The position numbers and the translations under genes are program-made. A stretch of 64,000 nt of DNA, from assembly GCA_965212195.1 (NCBI GenBank), contig CBDBUW010000012.1, positions 193,566 to 257,565 on the forward strand, read 5' to 3'. The DNA comes from Cyclobacteriaceae bacterium (GTDB lineage: Bacteria > Bacteroidota > Bacteroidia > Cytophagales > Cyclobacteriaceae). A model generated the notes under the pieces. That model saw nothing but the letters and a program-made list of their open reading frames with translations, had not been told where the DNA came from and did not search any database. This document shows, one piece after another, positions 29,201 through 38,347 of this stretch; the first letter of the stretch is position 1; every line of letters starts with the position of its first letter.

Positions 29201-29471
29201 CAGGCGATTCCGGTAGCTCTGAATAAGCAGATTGCGCAAGGTCCAATCGCAGTCCAGCTTGTTGCTGGGCTTTATCCGGTCCATGACATTGAAAGCATTT
29301 GTCCGATAAGATGGGCTTTACGTGAAAGTTAAAGTCTACGGTTTCGTCCAGTTGGGCATAAGCTTTAGCCACATCCTCTGGTATTGATGGCTTACAGCCC
29401 ATTACCAGGTTTATGGCAAGGATCAGTGCACAGACAGGGACACAGTTTAACTTTATATAAGCCTTCACCAT
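26211..29471 (-). CDS. PSCyt1/DUF1549/DUF1553 (PSD1-type) protein with internal LamG-like insert
   Basis: 1086 aa with a lipoprotein-type leader (LAINLVMGC). It has the CFQCHGPD heme-c-type motif, the DUF1549 signature NPIDKFIL...LLRRLSLDLTGLPPTPEEI...DWMDLARYADTHGY, and the DUF1553 signature CAKCHDHKFDP. A beta-rich segment of about 200 aa (GIGARLYSFRGYHLNL...) sits in between. Confidence 0.85.
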   Translation of the reverse strand: MVKAYIKLNCVPVCALILAINLVMGCKPSIPEDVAKAYAQLDETVDFNFHVKPILSDKCFQCHGPDKAQQQAGLRLDLAQSAYSELPESPGKFAIKPGSLNKSELFHRITSGDPHYLMPLPESNLQLTAHEKAILIKWIEQKALYKPHWAFIKPEKVDIPNVGNEEWVNNPIDKFILRQLEYKELQPATETSKGLLLRRLSLDLTGLPPTPEEIREFLNDDSEGAYEKQVDRLLGSPHYGEKMAMDWMDLARYADTHGYQVDQYRNMSPWRDWVIKAFNENQPYDQFITWQLAGDLLPNATKEQILATGFNRLHPQNLEGGIVDEEFRVAYVADRTDVLGQGLMALTLGCAKCHDHKFDPVSQKEYYELYSFFNNVNESGQISWEGATPVPNLLIPTQEQEAILEFVKKAIEVNQEKIRHAKKEASPAFDDWVTSAAYQDIAAQRYPSGMEAWFELENPKLANKLNPRQTAKMDRMFSTNEKPVFAKGFKGLGILLDGDAWIDLNQIGIFKRNQPFSIGLNIYIPEELTTGVLFHKGIGARLYSFRGYHLNLKDNKLELMLAHTWPDNAIVEYTTKEVPKEQWLQLTLTYDGSSKASGFKIYMNGGELPTKIEIDNLYKDIVFLNNNDVINGSTIEPGLQIGARWRGKGLGGALVDNLVVYARELSSLEVKQLAVPQQFKQLVTSSPEQLSDKQLEELRGYYLNNYASAYQQAIGELAHARQSYVDSSEQVQEVMVMKEMPQRRNAYVLKRGLYDLYGEEVFPNTPESVLPMPKDLPKNRLGLAQWITHADHPLTARVAVNRYWQNFFGRGIVKTTGDFGNQGERPSHPQLLDWLALKFVGSGWDVKALQKLMVMSATYRQSSQTSEKLRELDRENVWLARGPSVRLSSEMIRDNALFASGLINKKIGGESVRPYQPEGLWKTNGGTYVQDKGQKLYRRSLYTIWKRTIPHPTLSTFDQPERSECTVRRQKTNTPLQALVLLNDPTYVEAARAIGEKISKAKLLDEGIKESFISLTGRTPSDKELNVLLALQKQEYKNFLTNTEKSKGWLNTGEYRVDPSLDQQLVAANAVVASAIINSDASIIKR

Positions 29472-29670
29472 GGTACCTCAAATTTTTCCTTAATAAGTTA
29501 CCTTTTTTCAGCAATAATTTTAAAAATCCAGCACTAGAGATTGACTGAAATCGCGTAGGATGAGGTCTTATCCGCCCTTATTTTTGAAAGAATATAAACG
29601 TAAAAGTTTGATTGAGGTGATCTAAATGAGAAGTGAATAGTAGTGAACCACAAGCCACTGCTTGTTCGTT

Positions 29671-29694
29671 ATATATATATATATATATATATAT
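29671..29694. repeat. (AT)12 dinucleotide microsatellite
   Basis: A perfect atatat... run of 24 nt lies in the intergenic region about 200 nt upstream of the 29471 start codon and downstream of the DoxX gene. Confidence 0.95.
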
Positions 29695-29825
29695 GAGCTA
29701 GTAAAAGGAGGTAGTGATGAAAAGCTTATTGGGAGTAGTTTTGGGGAATTTTTAATGGTTGACCATGAAGAAGGACTGCCAGCAGCTTCTTTAGCCACCC
29801 AGTAATTATAATTTAACAGGCTCTT

Positions 29826-30263
29826 TCAGTATAGTGACTTCCATTTTAACTTGGCCTTGATATAATTGCCTAATGATAAAGGCCCCCGTCCAAAAAACAG
29901 CACAAGTATTAGTAGGAAAAGCACCAGGGTAGCGAGCTCAAGGGATTGGTCACCCATCATTAAGCCTTGCTTGGCATGAACCAGGAATATGGCACTAGTC
30001 AGGATGGGAATTTGAAGAATCGCTGCTAGACGACATAAAATACCCACCATAATCGAAAATCCGCCGATCAAGTGACACATGGTCACATAGGACAACCATA
30101 TATGCGGAAAGTCCTTACCCACAGATTCTATAAATGTATCGGGATTGGTAATTAGTAAGTAACCCCTCACAAATAATGCTGCTCCCAAAAACATTCGGGT
30201 CAGAGAATAAGCTAATCCATAATTATCATCAAGCCAGCTTAAAGTTTTTTGAAATTGATTCAT
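29826..30263 (-). CDS. DoxX family membrane protein
   Basis: 145 aa with four predicted TM helices. The LGAALFVRG and GGFSIMVGILCRLAA patterns are typical of DoxX. Confidence 0.65.
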   Translation of the reverse strand: MNQFQKTLSWLDDNYGLAYSLTRMFLGAALFVRGYLLITNPDTFIESVGKDFPHIWLSYVTMCHLIGGFSIMVGILCRLAAILQIPILTSAIFLVHAKQGLMMGDQSLELATLVLFLLILVLFFGRGPLSLGNYIKAKLKWKSLY

Positions 30264-30471
30264 AACAACTATTTGTTAGTTTATTAATGCCTTGGTATAC
30301 ACTTCGTATGGTTGATATAGCCACCTCAAGGTGGATTTCCTTATCCCTTCTTGTATAATTTACAATTAAATACATTCACAACATACTGTCTCTTGCTTTT
30401 GATTGGAACAATTTAAGGACGATTAATTATATTATTGAAATCAAGGTTTCAAGAGTTACAAATTATTTGAA

Positions 30472-33234
30472 ATGAGCTTTTATTCAACAAACGGTACTGT
30501 GGTTATATGCTGTTTAATACTTTTCAATTTAAAAGCGCTGGCCCAAATACCACTGCCCGAGCATCCCAGACCAGATTTCGAAAGACCTCAATGGCAAAAT
30601 CTTAACGGTAGCTGGGCCTTTGCATTTGATGGAGAAAATGAAGGGCTGGAGGCTGGCTGGTCCAGCGGGGAAGCAGTCTTTGATGAAGTGATCCAGGTGC
30701 CTTTTCCCTGGGGCTCAAAGCTATCGGGAATTGAGGACAAGGAAGGTATCGGGTGGTACCAACGAGAGATCCGGGTCAATGAAAGCTGGCGGGGTCAGCG
30801 GATCTTTCTTACCATCGGTGCCGCGGACTGGGAAACTACGGTATGGTTGGACGGTAAATTGTTAGGCTCTCACCAAGGAGGATATGTGCCCTTTTCCTTT
30901 GAGCTTACGGAGGTACGGTTCGGACAAACTCAACAACTGGTCATCCGGGTAGATGATGCCCGACGTGATTTTACTTTGTACGGCAAACAAGGTTACGGTA
31001 ACGCTCGAGGCATCTGGCAAACCATTTATTTGGAGGCCAGAGGTCAGAAATTTTTAGAGGCCTTGCACTTTACCCCGGATATTGACCATAACAAGTTGAA
31101 AGTCACAGCCTATCTGCCAGAATCTTCCGGTGAGGAATTAACACTGGACCTGCACATCAAGACTGAAGGAGACCCTATTCAATACCAAACAAGAATAAGC
31201 GCGGTCGATTATAAGAGAACTTTCGAGATCCCTATCCCCAATGCCCATTTATGGAGTTTGGACGATCCCTATTTATATGAGGTGAAGGCCACTTTGGAAG
31301 GTGATACCGTGCATTCTTATTTCGGGATGCGCAAGATATCCGTAATGGACCTACCAGGTACGGACTTTCCTTATATCGCCCTTAACAATCAACCTATATA
31401 TTTACAGCTGGCCCTGGATCAATCCTATCACCCGGATGGTTATTATACCTTCCCCAGTGACCAGTTCATTAAAGAAGAGATACTGCGCAGCAAATCCATT
31501 GGGTTAAACGGTATTCGCACCCATATCAAGGTGGAAGTACCCCGTAAACTGTACTGGGCAGATAAACTAGGCCTGCTGGTTATGGAAGACCTGCCCAACA
31601 GCTGGGGAGAGCCTGACAAATATATGCAAATGGAGTCGGAGTATACCTTGAGGGAAATGATCAAGCGGGATTATAACCATCCTTCTATTTTTTCCTGGGT
31701 AATCTTTAATGAAACCTGGGGACTGTATACCCAGGTAGGTACCAATGAAAATAATGAGCCTATCCGTGAATATCTGCCCCAAACTCAGCAATGGGTGGCT
31801 TCTATGTACTACCTGGCCAAGTCCCTGGATGGTTCACGATTGGTGGAAGATAACTCCATATGTTGCGGTAGAGGACATACCGAGACCGATATCAACTCCT
31901 GGCATGTTTACCTACCGGGTTATAAATGGGAGAGCTACTTAAAGGAATTGACTGAAAACACCTACCAAGGGAGTACTCATGATTTTGAGGCCGGTTTTAA
32001 ACAAGGCCGTCAACCCAATATCAATTCGGAATGCGGAAATGTATGGGGCTATGAAGGGAGTGCTGGCGATGTGGACTGGAGCTGGGATTACCATCGCATG
32101 ATCAATGCCTTCCGCAAGTATCCCCAAGTGGGCGGCTGGCTGTATACCGAGCACCACGATGTGATCAACGAGTGGAACGGCTACTGGCGGTTTGATCGCA
32201 CGGAAAAGCATACCGGACTTGAAGATATTGTTCCTGAAATGAGTTTAAGTGATTTGCATTCAACTATTTATATTTCTACAGGTCAAGACATTTGCTATAC
32301 AGCTCAAGCAGGAGCCGAATTAGAGATCCCCTTGTTCATTTCCTCCATGGATCCCCGGGAATTCCAGGACGACTTAGTGCTGGAATTTGGGGAGATGTTC
32401 ACAAATGAGGTAGGAGAAACTACTGAATATGAGGTTCTGGAAGAAAGGAAATTAGACTATAAGCCCTGGATGCAAGGGCCGATTGAACCATTGGTCTTAC
32501 AGGCTCCAGATAACAATGGCTTGGCCACCATTCGCATCATTTTGAAAACTAGCTCTGGTGAGGTGCTGCACAGGAACTTTGTCCATTTGGTAATAAACGG
32601 AGGCCAGCAGTTAGAGAAAACAAAGGTAGTGTCTGTAGCCGCCAGGGATTACTCCTTTGGGCAATGGTCTAAGAAGACCTGGGACGCCATGGAAGGTAAA
32701 AAGGTGAATGGTGCTGGTAATGGCTACTTCGAGTATGACATAGCGGTGAATAAGTCGCACTTGGATAACGCCCGTGAAGTATTCTTTGTGGTGGAAGCCG
32801 GTGCCAAAGAACTATTTGTAAAAGACCAAGGCAAAAAAGATACGGATAAGGGGATGGGATTCATGTTAGGGGAAAAAGTGGAACCCAGCGCCAACCCCAA
32901 TGCTTATCCCATGACCGATGAAACCACATTTCCCTCGGAGATCAAAGTTTATATTAACGATAAACTGGTCAAGGAAACGGTGTTACCGGACGATCCGGCG
33001 GATCATCGGGGGGTACTGTCCTGGTTTTCACAATTACAGGACAGTAAACTCCGGGAGGCCGGATCTTATGGATATCTGGTAAAAGTACCTTTAGAGGGAA
33101 ACACTTTAGCGGATGTCAAGTCTCAAGGATTCTTAAAGGTGAGACTGGAGTCGGTCAATGGGGGAGGGCTGGCCATTTATGGTAAGAATTTTGGGAGGTA
33201 TCCGTTGGGGCCTTCGTTGGTGATTAAGGAGTAG
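30472..33234 (+). CDS. glycoside hydrolase family 2 protein
   Basis: 920 aa with a signal peptide. It has a GH2 sugar-binding N-domain (WQNLNGSWAFAFD, IFLTIGAADWETTVWLDGKLLGSHQGGYVPFSFELT). The TIM-barrel carries NHPSIFSWVIFNETWG (acid/base Glu) and NSECG (nucleophile Glu). Confidence 0.8.
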   Translation: MSFYSTNGTVVICCLILFNLKALAQIPLPEHPRPDFERPQWQNLNGSWAFAFDGENEGLEAGWSSGEAVFDEVIQVPFPWGSKLSGIEDKEGIGWYQREIRVNESWRGQRIFLTIGAADWETTVWLDGKLLGSHQGGYVPFSFELTEVRFGQTQQLVIRVDDARRDFTLYGKQGYGNARGIWQTIYLEARGQKFLEALHFTPDIDHNKLKVTAYLPESSGEELTLDLHIKTEGDPIQYQTRISAVDYKRTFEIPIPNAHLWSLDDPYLYEVKATLEGDTVHSYFGMRKISVMDLPGTDFPYIALNNQPIYLQLALDQSYHPDGYYTFPSDQFIKEEILRSKSIGLNGIRTHIKVEVPRKLYWADKLGLLVMEDLPNSWGEPDKYMQMESEYTLREMIKRDYNHPSIFSWVIFNETWGLYTQVGTNENNEPIREYLPQTQQWVASMYYLAKSLDGSRLVEDNSICCGRGHTETDINSWHVYLPGYKWESYLKELTENTYQGSTHDFEAGFKQGRQPNINSECGNVWGYEGSAGDVDWSWDYHRMINAFRKYPQVGGWLYTEHHDVINEWNGYWRFDRTEKHTGLEDIVPEMSLSDLHSTIYISTGQDICYTAQAGAELEIPLFISSMDPREFQDDLVLEFGEMFTNEVGETTEYEVLEERKLDYKPWMQGPIEPLVLQAPDNNGLATIRIILKTSSGEVLHRNFVHLVINGGQQLEKTKVVSVAARDYSFGQWSKKTWDAMEGKKVNGAGNGYFEYDIAVNKSHLDNAREVFFVVEAGAKELFVKDQGKKDTDKGMGFMLGEKVEPSANPNAYPMTDETTFPSEIKVYINDKLVKETVLPDDPADHRGVLSWFSQLQDSKLREAGSYGYLVKVPLEGNTLADVKSQGFLKVRLESVNGGGLAIYGKNFGRYPLGPSLVIKE

Positions 33235-33601
33235 GTTTAATTCCCTAAAGGGGTGAAGACTTTTACAGATCCTCCCCTTAAGCCCCTCAGGGAGGGGCCA
33301 TGTTGGTCAATTGAGGAGAGAGTATCCCTGTTCCATTGGAATAGGGGGACATGGCTTCGTAATAGTATGGTGGACTCTTGCTTTTTCAAGTAAATCCACG
33401 GCCTATTAAAGTTATCAAGGATGCCCCCTGGGGTTACTTACCGCTGGCATAGGCATTAATTGTTACCTGCTTAAAGCAGGTTCTGCTAATTTTTCTCAAC
33501 TGCTAAAGGGAGGTCCTTCGGCAATTCACATGGTTTGGGCAGGGCCAATAGATATATTTTCCAGATGTTGAATCTGACTTTCAAAATCCACAGTTGAAAT
33601 A

Positions 33602-34312
33602 ATGAAATTACTGGACGGTTTATATTCTTATGAGATTATCCTGCTGATCCTGGGGGTAATTCTATTCATAGTACTCACCATTGCGCTCTTGTATATGATT
33701 ATGAAACATCGACCTATCAAGAGCTTAGCACTATTCTTTCCCATCCCCATTGTGATGATAGGGTTTCCGGGCATTCAAAGTTTTCAATTAGGCAAGGACC
33801 TTTTGACTGTGGAAAGGGAAAAACAACAGCTCATGGAAAATCCTGCAGATTCAGCCGCTCGAGCGGATCTGACCAAGAAGCTTGAAGTATTGACTTCCAG
33901 GCCAATTAGTAATCCGAAAGCTTTGGTCAGTATTGCGGAAGCCCAGGCAGTAGTAGGGGATAGCGTTAAGGCTTGGGAAACTTCTGAAAAACTATTGCAG
34001 AAAGATCCACAAGCTGCGGAAGCAAAGCGCCTGAGGAAGCAACTCTCCACTCCATCGGTATTATTGAATAAGGATTTAGCTAAACTAAAAGAAAATCCTG
34101 ATAATCAAGAAGCTAAAGCATCATTGGCTAGAAGCCTGGATAGCATTGAGAACCATATAATAACGTTTGACCCTTATGTGGGTTATCAGGCTGCCCGTGC
34201 ACATTTGGTTTTGGGCGACACCGCAACTGCTAAGACAACACTGGATTCTATTGCCGTGCAATATCCCAGTAATAAACGCATTAAAACCTTAAGGCAAAAG
34301 ATAGGTAACTAA
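33602..34312 (+). CDS. hypothetical membrane-anchored helical-repeat protein
   Basis: 236 aa with two N-terminal TM helices. The rest is helical and TPR-like (AEAQAVVGDSVKAWETSEKLLQKDP...). No family recognised. Confidence 0.5.
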   Translation: MKLLDGLYSYEIILLILGVILFIVLTIALLYMIMKHRPIKSLALFFPIPIVMIGFPGIQSFQLGKDLLTVEREKQQLMENPADSAARADLTKKLEVLTSRPISNPKALVSIAEAQAVVGDSVKAWETSEKLLQKDPQAAEAKRLRKQLSTPSVLLNKDLAKLKENPDNQEAKASLARSLDSIENHIITFDPYVGYQAARAHLVLGDTATAKTTLDSIAVQYPSNKRIKTLRQKIGN

Positions 34313-34365
34313 TTAAAAGTTTTGGCCCATAAAAGGCAATGGTTAGTCTGTTACAGTGAAACGAA

Positions 34366-36495
34366 TCACCCCAACTCCCTCAAATCCAATGGCAATTTCC
34401 GCACTCGCTTTCCTGTCAAGTCAAAGATGGCATTGGCTAATGCCGGGGCTACTGTAGGAAGCCCCGCTTCACCAGCACCGTCCGGTGGAGCATCACTTTT
34501 CAGTATAATGGTATCGATCTGCGGACATTGCGACATACGCAACAGGGGATAGGTGTTGAAATTTTGCTCCACAATAGCTCCATTATCTACGGTTAATCCG
34601 GCATATGCCGCCGTCAATCCCATAACAATGGAGCCTTCGGTTTGAGCCTTTACGGTATCAGGATTGATACAGATGCCCAAATCAATGGCGGTGGTGATCT
34701 TGGTAGGTACTACCATTCCGTTGCGCCGGGCAACTTCAACTACCATTGCAAAGTAAGCCCCGGAGCGTTCCACGGTGGCAATACCTTTTCCTATGCCTGG
34801 TTTGCGTTCTTTCCAGTTAGTGGCTTTGGCCACTTCCTTAAGCACTCTGATGTACCGGGGATGATCCAACATTTGCAGCCGGAATTCCACAGGATCCTGA
34901 CCGGCTTTATGCGCTAATTCATCGATAAAGCTTTCATGGGCAAAGGGGTTGGTAGAATGATATACCGCTCGCCAATAGGCAATGGGGATGTGCCTGCGCT
35001 GCAACACTCCCTTAACGGAAAAATTAGGGATCTTGTAATCAATATTAATACCACCCATCAATTGCCTGCCGGCCTTCATATTGTTGCCGGTCTGATTGCG
35101 GATCTCCTGGGCAATAACTTTGTGTTCCAAGGCTGCTATTTTACCCTGTTCGTTCAATACAGCTTTACACACATTATAGCTGCAGGCCCGGAAGGGTCCC
35201 TGGGTTTGGTCTTCTTCTCGGGGCCACATGACTTTCACTGGAGCTCCGGTTTGTTTTGACAGGTCAGCGGCTTCCTCCACTACATCGCTGTTGGATCTTC
35301 GGCCAAATCCCCCTCCCATAAATGTGTAGTTGATGGTAATGTTTTCTTCTGCTATGCCGTGCTTGCGGGAAATAAAAGAGCGCATGCCATTGGGATTCTG
35401 AGTGGATCCCCAGAAAGTAGCTTTGTTTTCTTCTATATGTACAGTGGCATTCATGGGCTCCATGGGCACGTGGGCCTGATAGGGGGTTTCGTAGGCAGCT
35501 TCAATAACTTCATTAGCGTTGTTGAAGACTTGTTGCGCATTGCCGTTCCCGAATAATTCATCGCCGGGTTGGCCCGCGGCTGCCAGGGATTCCTGTCTGA
35601 TGCTTTCCGCGTTCACTTGATCCAACCCTTTCAGATCCCAATCCACTTTCAGAGCTTTGCGGCCCTGTACTACCGACCAATAGTTTCTACCCACCACCGC
35701 TACTCCCTCAATAGTTCGACCATAGACGCCTCTTGAGGTTTTAAGCACATGAGTGACACCTGGTTTACGAAGGACTTCGTCACGGTTGTAGGATCTGGCA
35801 GTTCCCAGAAACTGTGGGCAATGCACAATGGTAGCGTACAGCATGCCCGGTACCTGCAGGTCCATGCCAAATTTTGCTTGCCCATTGGTCTTCAGAGGTA
35901 TGTCCTGGCGGGCTACCGAAGTACCGATTATTTTAAATTGATCTGGCGATTTCAAGGAGGGGTTTTTAGGTACCGGCAGCTTGCTGGCGGCTGTTACTAA
36001 ATCTCCATAGGTTAAACTTTGGTCATTCGGACCGATAATCCTGCCATCTTTGGCTTGGCATAGACTACTGGAAATATTCCATTGTTCGGCAGCGGCTTGC
36101 TTGAGCATTTCCCGGGCGCTGGCGCCCATCATTCTTAGTTTTTCAAATTCCGTTTGAATGCTGCGGCTGCCTACCACCATTTGTCTGCCGTAAAGATCTT
36201 GATCGGCCGGAGATTGCCGGATCTCTACTTGGTGGATGTCCACCTCCAGTTCCTCTGCCAGGATCATGGGAATGGACTGAAAGGTACCTTGGCCCATTTC
36301 CGGTCGGTGATTGAATAGTACGATATGGCCGTCGCTGGTGATACTGATGAATTGGTTGAGATCTATATTGGACAAGGCATGGTTGGCTTTTACCACCATG
36401 GAATCCTTGGATTCACCGGGTATGAAGCCCAGTACTAACGCGGAACCGGTTAAGGAAGACAACTCCATAAATTTTCTTCTGGATATCTGTGCCAT
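34366..36495 (-). CDS. molybdopterin-binding subunit of an aldehyde oxidase/xanthine dehydrogenase family enzyme (IorB-like), Tat-exported
   Basis: 709 aa with the Tat leader MAQISRRKFMELSSLTGSALVLG. The large-subunit layout is typical of isoquinoline oxidoreductase or periplasmic aldehyde dehydrogenase beta subunits. The start is 2 nt after the 2Fe-2S subunit stop. Confidence 0.8.
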   Translation of the reverse strand: MAQISRRKFMELSSLTGSALVLGFIPGESKDSMVVKANHALSNIDLNQFISITSDGHIVLFNHRPEMGQGTFQSIPMILAEELEVDIHQVEIRQSPADQDLYGRQMVVGSRSIQTEFEKLRMMGASAREMLKQAAAEQWNISSSLCQAKDGRIIGPNDQSLTYGDLVTAASKLPVPKNPSLKSPDQFKIIGTSVARQDIPLKTNGQAKFGMDLQVPGMLYATIVHCPQFLGTARSYNRDEVLRKPGVTHVLKTSRGVYGRTIEGVAVVGRNYWSVVQGRKALKVDWDLKGLDQVNAESIRQESLAAAGQPGDELFGNGNAQQVFNNANEVIEAAYETPYQAHVPMEPMNATVHIEENKATFWGSTQNPNGMRSFISRKHGIAEENITINYTFMGGGFGRRSNSDVVEEAADLSKQTGAPVKVMWPREEDQTQGPFRACSYNVCKAVLNEQGKIAALEHKVIAQEIRNQTGNNMKAGRQLMGGINIDYKIPNFSVKGVLQRRHIPIAYWRAVYHSTNPFAHESFIDELAHKAGQDPVEFRLQMLDHPRYIRVLKEVAKATNWKERKPGIGKGIATVERSGAYFAMVVEVARRNGMVVPTKITTAIDLGICINPDTVKAQTEGSIVMGLTAAYAGLTVDNGAIVEQNFNTYPLLRMSQCPQIDTIILKSDAPPDGAGEAGLPTVAPALANAIFDLTGKRVRKLPLDLRELG

Positions 36496-36497
36496 GG

Positions 36498-36953
36498 CTA
36501 TAAGGTTGAGGCAGTTTTAATGGCTTTCTTGATCCTGGGGTAGGTCCCGCACCTGCAGAGTATGGAATCCATGGCTAGGTGGATCTCTTCATCCAAGGGA
36601 TTGGGGTGTTTATCTAGCAAAGCCGCTACACTCATGATCTGGCCGGACTGGCAAAATCCGCATTGGGGTACCTGTTCCTGGATAAATGCTTTCTGCACCG
36701 GGTGGTCATTGTTTTCTGATAGCCCTTCAATAGTAATTAGTTCTTTACCTTCTGCCAGAGAGGTGGGAATTACACAGGCTCTCATGGGCTCACCGTCCAT
36801 AAGCACGGTGCAGGCCCCACATTGGGCAATGCCACAAGAGAACTTGGTACCGGTGAGCCCCAAATAATCCCGTAGGGCCCAAAGTAACGGCATACTAGGA
36901 TCTACGTCGATTTCTTTTTTCTGCTTATTGACAAGCAAGGTTAGCTTGGCCAT
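36498..36953 (-). CDS. (2Fe-2S)-binding small subunit (IorA-like)
   Basis: 151 aa with two cluster motifs, CGIAQCGAC and CGFCQSGQ...CRCG. Confidence 0.9.
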   Translation of the reverse strand: MAKLTLLVNKQKKEIDVDPSMPLLWALRDYLGLTGTKFSCGIAQCGACTVLMDGEPMRACVIPTSLAEGKELITIEGLSENNDHPVQKAFIQEQVPQCGFCQSGQIMSVAALLDKHPNPLDEEIHLAMDSILCRCGTYPRIKKAIKTASTL

Positions 36954-37132
36954 AGTCCGTTTAGTTTGTTAGTTACATAAGTTAGCTAATTTCAAGAACT
37001 GAGTCCAATAAAATGGGAGTTTTGAATTTGCCTCAACTTGACAATCCCCCCATTAATCACTACATTCTATGGAGTCAAAAACGTTGCTCAACCGACTGGG
37101 AATCACAAAAACAACAACATAAACTTAACACC

Positions 37133-38347
37133 ATGAAACTGCTGGCGAAAACGGGTTGCCTCTGGGCGGTCCTGTCACTTGCTGTGCTGCATTTGGCACA
37201 AGCTCAATTAGTTACAGCTGATCCAAACAGGCCGTTCTTCCAAAAAGGGAACACCTACTTCAGTCTCAATCAAGACTTCACCTACAATGCTTTCAATCTC
37301 AAATTTGATGGTGAAGATATTCTTGATGAGTTCAGCTTACGCAGCCGCTTGCAATGGAACCGGGCTGTAACCGATAAGGTTGGAGTAGGCGCTAGGGATC
37401 GGGCCGACCAAAATATACTAAAAGACGACAATGATGGCCGTTTTTTGGGCCGCGAATGGACGTTCAGTGTGGGAGGTGATTATGTCTTTGACTTAGGAGG
37501 TGATAAGCAGTTAATCACAGGGTTTCAAGTTGGCTATGGGCAAATAAATAACAAGTCGGAGTTCAACGGTAATGAGAATGAAAGTAAAGATGATCTGATA
37601 ATAGCCGGAGTCAATGTGGCTTATCCCATACAATTGTATCAATCGGATCTCTTTATAGTGCCCAAAGCAGGTTACCGGTTTCGCAATCAGTCCGGAGACA
37701 ACCAGGATATTGATACCCACTCCTTTTTTGCGGGATTCGATCTGTATTCCAGTATTCCTTGCCAGGGTTGGTGGTATAACGAAGGTGTAAACATGAAAGA
37801 AGAGTACCGCTATACCCCTGGAACTCAGATGTGGGGCAGTGGTACCAAACTACGATATAAGCGTAGTAATATCACCAGCGACTTTGTGAGCGGAGGACAG
37901 GGCGAAGAAACGGAAAATCGTTTTCTGGTAGGTGTGGACTATTCGTATTACGTGGCTAAGAATTTTTCTTTAGGTGGAAGGGCTAGTTTCAACACCACCA
38001 CCACTTCAGATGACAATTCTGATTTCAAGACCACCAGTACTAATTTTGAGGTAGTGCCTAGATTACGCTGGCATTTTGCCAAGGGATGGTGGAATGACGT
38101 GTACCTGGAGGGGGCAGGAGGATTCAGTAGCAGCAAAGTCGACAATAATGGTTCCAGTGAGAATAAAGTCAATACCGTGATTGCCGAGGGAGGCCTAGGA
38201 AAATTCTGGCCCTTAACCCCCAACCTCTTCCTCAATTCAACCGTCCGCTATGCTTATAACAAATCAGAGGATCCGGACGACAGCGATGAACAGGAATTAG
38301 AGCGTACGGGACTTCAGGTAAGTTTAAGACTTAACTATTCTTTTTAA
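37133..38347 (+). CDS. hypothetical outer-membrane beta-barrel protein
   Basis: ATG 37133 gives the signal peptide MKLLAKTGCLWAVLSLAVLHLAQAQ (the ORF track starts earlier, at 37013). The sequence shows an alternating beta pattern, is rich in G/N/D/S/Y, and ends in the aromatic terminus LRLNYSF. Confidence 0.55.
   Translation: MKLLAKTGCLWAVLSLAVLHLAQAQLVTADPNRPFFQKGNTYFSLNQDFTYNAFNLKFDGEDILDEFSLRSRLQWNRAVTDKVGVGARDRADQNILKDDNDGRFLGREWTFSVGGDYVFDLGGDKQLITGFQVGYGQINNKSEFNGNENESKDDLIIAGVNVAYPIQLYQSDLFIVPKAGYRFRNQSGDNQDIDTHSFFAGFDLYSSIPCQGWWYNEGVNMKEEYRYTPGTQMWGSGTKLRYKRSNITSDFVSGGQGEETENRFLVGVDYSYYVAKNFSLGGRASFNTTTTSDDNSDFKTTSTNFEVVPRLRWHFAKGWWNDVYLEGAGGFSSSKVDNNGSSENKVNTVIAEGGLGKFWPLTPNLFLNSTVRYAYNKSEDPDDSDEQELERTGLQVSLRLNYSF

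Noticed and set aside
29717-29755. 12-codon mini-ORF (MKSLLGVVLGNF) preceded by a perfect AAGGAGG 5 nt upstream, just after the (AT)12 tract
   Set aside because: It points into the 3-prime end of the oppositely oriented DoxX gene with nothing downstream to regulate. Strong Shine-Dalgarno use is atypical for this apparent lineage. A chance occurrence cannot be excluded without conservation or ribosome-profiling data.
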